Assembly (NCBI GenBank): GCA_022574595.1 | Contig: JACZRS010000016.1 | Location: 5,589 to 69,588 of the forward strand | DNA from: Planctomycetota bacterium | GTDB lineage: Bacteria; Planctomycetota; Phycisphaerae; Phycisphaerales; SM1A02 | Direction of reading: 5' to 3' | Length of the DNA: 64,000 nt | Shown: positions 58,927 to 64,000 of the stretch, one piece after another | Position numbering within the stretch: position 1 is the first letter of the stretch | Layout: each line of letters starts with the position of its first letter | Notes under the pieces: model-generated | Database searches by the model: none | Told to the model about the DNA's origin: nothing | Seen by the model: the letters and a program-made list of their open reading frames with translations, nothing else | Position numbers and translations under genes: made by a program

Positions 58927-59679
58927 ATGAGTTTGTTGACAAAGTCTTTTAAGGCCTGGAAAGGAAAAGCTCAAATGCGATCCGATATTCTTGTTCATTG
59001 GACTGGAAAGGACATTAAGCTAGATAAATCTGGGCTACAGGATAAAGATCGAGAGGGTTATATCAGTCGATTGCGCAGCATCCTTGAGAACGGTTTCTGG
59101 ATGACCACACCCAACGAACGAATTGAAGGGAACAATGGGGCATGGATCAAGTATGAAGCATCCATGACTTGCTTCACGGAGATCCGTTTGTCGCAGACGA
59201 CTTTGCACTCTAAGCAGTACGGCCTTTTGGGTGTCGGCGTGTCACGGCAGTTTGTGCTTGACCGCAGAGGTGGGCCAGTACATTACGTGCGTAACCACAA
59301 AGACGAGTCCATAGTCGGCAACGTCCAAGCAATCCTTGATGACCTGCAGGGTGATGTACGTAATTATTTCGCGATAAATACGGCCTTCATGAAGGCCATG
59401 TCTGACACCAATGAGGACAATTTCAAGTACTTGGAAGAACAGGAGTGGAGAATCGTCCAAACGAACTCTCAAGTGAATGCGGGGAAAATTATCCCTAGCG
59501 ACGGTTCCCAACCAGCATACTGGATTCCAATACAGATCGACGATGTCCGTATCGTTGTATTCCCAGACGACAAGACGCTCACCATGGCAAGAAGTGATCC
59601 TACCATAAAAGATTTGTTCCAAGATCCTTCAAATTCAAATGTGATACTTCTTACGCTGGAAGAGTGCGAGCATTTCTAG
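58927..59679 (+). CDS. hypothetical protein, possibly related to abortive-infection proteins (weak resemblance); isolated single gene in a low-GC pocket
   Basis: 250-aa ORF; GC below the flanks; no verified motif. Confidence 0.3.
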   Translation: MSLLTKSFKAWKGKAQMRSDILVHWTGKDIKLDKSGLQDKDREGYISRLRSILENGFWMTTPNERIEGNNGAWIKYEASMTCFTEIRLSQTTLHSKQYGLLGVGVSRQFVLDRRGGPVHYVRNHKDESIVGNVQAILDDLQGDVRNYFAINTAFMKAMSDTNEDNFKYLEEQEWRIVQTNSQVNAGKIIPSDGSQPAYWIPIQIDDVRIVVFPDDKTLTMARSDPTIKDLFQDPSNSNVILLTLEECEHF

Positions 59680-60092
59680 CAGAGAATTGCGTGCCACGGG
59701 TTCACGCGGCGCGGAAACTTGTGTCTTATACAAGTAATTTAACACTTCAAGACACTGGTTTCGCAAAGCCGGAACCAGTGGTACCGTGGACAAGGGGGAA
59801 TTGTGCAATGGGTGCCATGCACAGCGAGTCTGCGAGACGTGCGTGCGATTTTTATGACAAACTTCCTATCGCACTGACGACTCCGCTGCGCTTCGCTGTC
59901 AGTGGCACCCTTCTTGATTCTTGAGAACCCCGGAATCAGTGTTACCGGAAGAATTCTGCGCACAAAACAATTTTCACCCATTAGCCCCCGGCTTTGCCGG
60001 GTTCGCGCGGAGGATTTGTGCGGATACGATTAAACACGTTCGATCCCGGGTGAAACCCGGGGCTAATGGCTTGAGCAAGATGCCTTGGTTTT

Positions 60093-61421
60093 TCAGGAAG
60101 TAACCAATACACGATCGCCTATGTCGCGGCGGTAGAATGCGCCGTCGAAGTGGATCTGCTCACACGCTACGTTGGCTAAATCTCGGGCAGCCTGGAGGTC
60201 TGCGGCTAGTGCGGTTACTCCCAGCACTCGACCACCATTTGTTACAAGCGCACCATCATCCCTGATCTTTGTGCCTGCATGGAAAACTTTGACTATCTCA
60301 TCATCGCTTCCCATTGCTTCTGCCTCTTCTATGCCGGTAATCACTTTGCCAGTTTGATATTTACCCGGATAACCCTCGCTGCACATGACCACACAGCATG
60401 CGGTACGCGGATCAAATTCGATATTGATATTGTCAAGATCGCCGGTGCAGGTGGCCCAAAGGATTTCAAATAAATCACCTTTAAGTCGGGCCATCAATGT
60501 TTGACATTCCGGATCACCAAAACGGCAATTGAACTCCAGAACCTTGGGGCCGGCTGGTGTGAGCATAATTCCAGCATAAAGAACTCCACAGTATTGGATT
60601 GCTTCCCGTTTGAGTGCATCAACGGTGGGTACGATTATTTCTCGTTGAATTATGGCCATGGTTTCATGGTCGAGGATTGGTGTTGGACAATACGCACCCA
60701 TGCCACCGGTATTTGGTCCGGTATCCCCCTCGCCGAGTTGTTTGTGGTCCTGGCATGGATCGAGAAGCCAAATCGAAGAGCCATCGACGAGTGCAAGCAC
60801 GCTTACTTCCTGGCCGGAGAGTTTTTCTTCGATGATGATATGTTTGCCGGCATCGCCAAACTCGCGATTGGCCATGATTCGGTTAACCGCATCCATGGCT
60901 TGATCACGAGTATCACAAACTATCACACCCTTACCTGCTGCTAGTCCCGATGCTTTAACCACACAAGGTTCTTCGTGCGCATCTACATAATGTCTAGCCG
61001 GCTGAAGATCCTTGAATGTGCGTCCTTCGGCTTTGGGAATTGCTACCTGCTTCATGAGTTCTCTGGCAAAAGCTTTATTTGCTTCGATTTGAGCAGCATT
61101 TTTATTTGGGCCGAACACCATTCGCGTTTCGGTGGTCAATGCATCCACTATGCCCTTTGCCAAGGGCACTTCCGGGCCAACAACGACCAGATGTATGTCA
61201 TTCTGCTCACACCAGTGCTGCATTTGCCAGACGTCAGACATATCCATAGCCCTGGGGCATGGTTTGCCGAGCTTATCCAAAGCTGCATTGCCAGGATTAG
61301 CAAGCCACAAATCTCCCAAACGTGGTGATTGGCACAGTTTCCATGCAAGTGCATGTTCGCGACCACCACCGCCTATAAGCAGGACGTTTCCGTGTTCCGG
61401 ACAGCTAAGGTGACTTGGCAT
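60093..61421 (-). CDS. purD: phosphoribosylamine--glycine ligase
   Basis: ATP-grasp motifs and conserved PurD N- and C-terminal domains. Confidence 0.9.
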   Translation of the reverse strand: MPSHLSCPEHGNVLLIGGGGREHALAWKLCQSPRLGDLWLANPGNAALDKLGKPCPRAMDMSDVWQMQHWCEQNDIHLVVVGPEVPLAKGIVDALTTETRMVFGPNKNAAQIEANKAFARELMKQVAIPKAEGRTFKDLQPARHYVDAHEEPCVVKASGLAAGKGVIVCDTRDQAMDAVNRIMANREFGDAGKHIIIEEKLSGQEVSVLALVDGSSIWLLDPCQDHKQLGEGDTGPNTGGMGAYCPTPILDHETMAIIQREIIVPTVDALKREAIQYCGVLYAGIMLTPAGPKVLEFNCRFGDPECQTLMARLKGDLFEILWATCTGDLDNINIEFDPRTACCVVMCSEGYPGKYQTGKVITGIEEAEAMGSDDEIVKVFHAGTKIRDDGALVTNGGRVLGVTALAADLQAARDLANVACEQIHFDGAFYRRDIGDRVLVTS

Positions 61422-61548
61422 AGCGCCAGTCTAGCGAACGATAAGCCTTAGGCTACACCCCAGATCAGATACATGAACAAAAAGGTATCAAGCTTGCAGC
61501 GTATGTGGTCTGGCGAGATTTTTTCTGCATTTGGTTTGATGTGCAAGA

Positions 61549-61842
61549 TTGATCTACCAACGAAAATTGCCGAATAAGAAAATCATTGGTTTTTTCGCAT
61601 CCTTAGTCGAGCTTCCTGCGGAGGCAAGGCAAACCACGATGAATTATGTGAGCACTACATTGGGTAGAAAGATAAGCAAAGCCGTCAAGGGTACACCCGC
61701 CAAGCACGCCAAAGGGCGAGCTACGGGATCAATAGCGCTCACAGAGTCCATGCTGCTGGAAAGAGCATCCAGATCAATCCGCTTGCGAGATGGAGGAGAG
61801 TTCACAAGCGGATCTCGTCGTGGTCCAGGAAGCAATCGCTAA
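61549..61842 (+). CDS. small basic hypothetical protein
   Basis: ORF only. Confidence 0.2.
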   Translation: MIYQRKLPNKKIIGFFASLVELPAEARQTTMNYVSTTLGRKISKAVKGTPAKHAKGRATGSIALTESMLLERASRSIRLRDGGEFTSGSRRGPGSNR

Positions 61843-61868
61843 AAAACACGAGTTAGAACTGGTGTATT

Positions 61869-63989
61869 TCAGGATTTCCCGCCCTTGCGGGTCTTTCCTG
61901 TAATACCAGCCCGGGACCGAGCTGCTCCGGGAGTGGGCTTTGGTGCCTTTACTTCATCACGGCTGATGAGGCGGTTGGACCCATAATTGGGCATAGCGTT
62001 AAGTTCTGCAATTTGATCCCTTAGGTTTGCCGCCTTCTCAAATTCCAAGGCTTCAGCCGCCTCTAGCATTTCACCTTCGAGCAAGTTTATAAGCTCGTCG
62101 CGATCATAACGCTCTTGCTTGGCATCAAGGCCGACCGCTGTTCTTGCGATTCGCTGAGCTGCAAGCTCCTTCTCAAGGCCTCGATGGATCCCCTTGACGA
62201 TTGTCGTGGCGGTAATTCCGTGCTTTTTGTTGTAGGCTTCTTGCTTGGCTCTACGCCTATCTGTTTCGTCGATGGCTCCCTGCATCTGAGTCGTTACCTT
62301 GTCGCCATACATTATGACCAGCGCGTTTACGTTGCGAGCTGCCCGCCCCATGGTTTGAATCAAGCTGGTTTCGCTGCGCAGGAAGCCTGCTTTATCTGCA
62401 TCAACAATGCATACAAGAGAAACCTCCGGCAAATCCAATCCTTCACGAAGCAGATTCACACCAACGAGCACATCAAAAACACCCTGGCGTAATTCACGCA
62501 ATATCTCAACACGCTCAAGAGTATCGATTTCGCTGTGCAGATATCGCACTTTAATTCCATGATCGTGGAGGTAATTCGTGAGATCCTCAGCTAAGCGTTT
62601 TGTCAGGACGGTAATGAGTACACGCTCACCTTGGGCTGCCCTAATCTCGCTCTGTTTGATAATGTCAGTAACTTGACCCTCAGCAGGCTTCACCTCAATT
62701 CGAGGATCTAGCAGTCCAGTAGGGCGAATGACTTGCTCAACTATCTCACCTTCTGATCGCTCAAGCTCATAGGGGCTGGGCGTAGCCGAGACGTACACAA
62801 CCTGTGAGACGAATTCTTCAAATTCATCAAAACGTAGCGGTCGATTATCTAGTGCACTTGGCAGACGAAAACCATGGTCTACAAGAACTTGCTTGCGGCT
62901 GCGATCTCCGTTGTACATAGCACGTATCTGCGGAATCGTAACATGAGATTCATCAATGAATACCAACCAGTCATCGGGATCAACCCCCGGAATGTAATGG
63001 AAGTAATCCAGTAGTGCGTAGGGCTTCGCGCCCGGAGCCCGGCCATCCAGATGCCTGGAATAATTCTCGATCCCCGAGCAATAGCCTACTTCTTCAATCA
63101 TTTCCAGATCGTACTTTGTTCTGGCAAGCAAACGCTGGGCTTCGAGCAACTTACCCTCATGGCGAAGCTGCATAACCCGCTCATCAAGCTCAGCTTTGAT
63201 GCTGGCGATGCTTTCTTCGAGCCTATCCTGCGGCATTACATAGTGAACGGCTGGAAAGAGAAATATCTGTTTTTCCTGGGCAAGAACTTCGCCGGTTGTA
63301 GGGTGAATGAGTTCGAGTCTTTCAATATCTTCGCCAAAGAGTTCAATGCGTATTGCGAATTGTTCGTAAGCTGGGAATACTTCGATAATATCGCCGCGCA
63401 CACGAAATTGTCCGCGCTTAAATTCAATTTCATTACGGGAATATTGCATTTCAGCCATGGCAAGCAAGAGTTTGCGTCTATCTATGGTTTGCCCGACTCT
63501 GAGAGCTAAGACGTTCTGGCCATAGTCTTTGGGCGAACCAAGACCAAATATGCAGCTAACCGAAGCAACGATGATTACATCCTTGCGCGACAGCAGATGG
63601 CTTGTTGCTGCTAAGCGAAGTCGATCAAGATCATCATTACGCGAGGCATCTTTTTCAATATAAATATCACGCTGCGGGATGTACGCTTCGGGTTGGTAGT
63701 AATCGTAGTAACTGACAAAGTAGCTAACGGCATTGTCGGGAAACAGCTCGTTAAACTCTTCATAAAGCTGGGCAGCTAGAGTTTTATTGTGGCTGATTAT
63801 CAGCGAAGGTTTCTGCACTCGTTCTATGACGTTGGCAATCGTAAAAGTCTTGCCCGTACCAGTAGCTCCAAGCAAAGTTTGGCAAGCGCGTTTAGCATTG
63901 ATCCCCTCAACAAGTTGATCTATTGCTGCGGGTTGATCGCCTGTGGGCTTAAAGTCACTGACAATGCGAAATGGGCAAGGGCGATTCAT
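61869..63989 (-). CDS. uvrB: excinuclease ABC subunit B
   Basis: Walker [11 protein letters not shown]; helicase motifs; C-terminal UvrB-UvrC interaction helix. Confidence 0.9.
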   Translation of the reverse strand: MNRPCPFRIVSDFKPTGDQPAAIDQLVEGINAKRACQTLLGATGTGKTFTIANVIERVQKPSLIISHNKTLAAQLYEEFNELFPDNAVSYFVSYYDYYQPEAYIPQRDIYIEKDASRNDDLDRLRLAATSHLLSRKDVIIVASVSCIFGLGSPKDYGQNVLALRVGQTIDRRKLLLAMAEMQYSRNEIEFKRGQFRVRGDIIEVFPAYEQFAIRIELFGEDIERLELIHPTTGEVLAQEKQIFLFPAVHYVMPQDRLEESIASIKAELDERVMQLRHEGKLLEAQRLLARTKYDLEMIEEVGYCSGIENYSRHLDGRAPGAKPYALLDYFHYIPGVDPDDWLVFIDESHVTIPQIRAMYNGDRSRKQVLVDHGFRLPSALDNRPLRFDEFEEFVSQVVYVSATPSPYELERSEGEIVEQVIRPTGLLDPRIEVKPAEGQVTDIIKQSEIRAAQGERVLITVLTKRLAEDLTNYLHDHGIKVRYLHSEIDTLERVEILRELRQGVFDVLVGVNLLREGLDLPEVSLVCIVDADKAGFLRSETSLIQTMGRAARNVNALVIMYGDKVTTQMQGAIDETDRRRAKQEAYNKKHGITATTIVKGIHRGLEKELAAQRIARTAVGLDAKQERYDRDELINLLEGEMLEAAEALEFEKAANLRDQIAELNAMPNYGSNRLISRDEVKAPKPTPGAARSRAGITGKTRKGGKS

Positions 63990-64000
63990 ACGATTATTGT

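Overview
This 64-kb window looks like bacterial chromosomal DNA, probably from a Planctomycetota/PVC-like organism. That assignment is an inference from gene content only. No homology searches could be run, so every call below comes from reading the sequence and recognising motifs. Coordinates taken from the ORF track are exact. Coordinates I counted by hand (RNAs, repeats, terminators) may be off by 1-3 nt.

Overview of content:
- **Conserved housekeeping genes, all with clear active-site motifs:** pcm, rpoN, recR, ybaB, dnaX, guaA, mlaE, a class-I fructose-bisphosphate aldolase, ggt, recQ, mnmA, rnhB-like, a fusA paralogue, ribD, a gldA/gldF/gldG-like ABC operon, purD and uvrB.
- **Accessory region (about 19.5-31.1 kb, plus 13.5-15.2 kb):** a family of secreted proteins with unrelated passenger domains (FG-GAP beta-propellers, a parallel beta-helix, an S8 protease, unknowns). 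All carry the same roughly 55-aa C-terminal module, framed by cysteines and resembling a dockerin, ending in ANWGPC(P). An orphan fragment of this module sits at 19514-19717, directly after a truncated mla operon.
- **Compositional anomaly:** the first ~7 kb runs at about 60-65 % GC against about 45-48 % elsewhere. It contains a PadR regulator with its HAAS/DUF1700 partner, bracketed by an exact 25-nt direct repeat. The region ends next to a 49-nt tRNA-like minihelix that has its own promoter and terminator.
- **Other candidate elements:**
  - an SRP RNA immediately upstream of dnaX
  - an E. coli-type A-AAA-AAG frameshift site with a downstream hairpin inside dnaX
  - a tandem thioredoxin-fold gene broken by a +1 frameshift in a C5 run
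  - a dispersed intergenic GGATAGCAAT(C) motif family
  - a GAGAAGGTGTC-T-GACACCTTCTC palindrome at two loci
  - a duplicated 116-nt segment flanking a small zinc-ribbon gene
  - a lipoprotein with six CxxC motifs
  - a PEP-CTERM protein

No transposase, integrase or CRISPR array was found.
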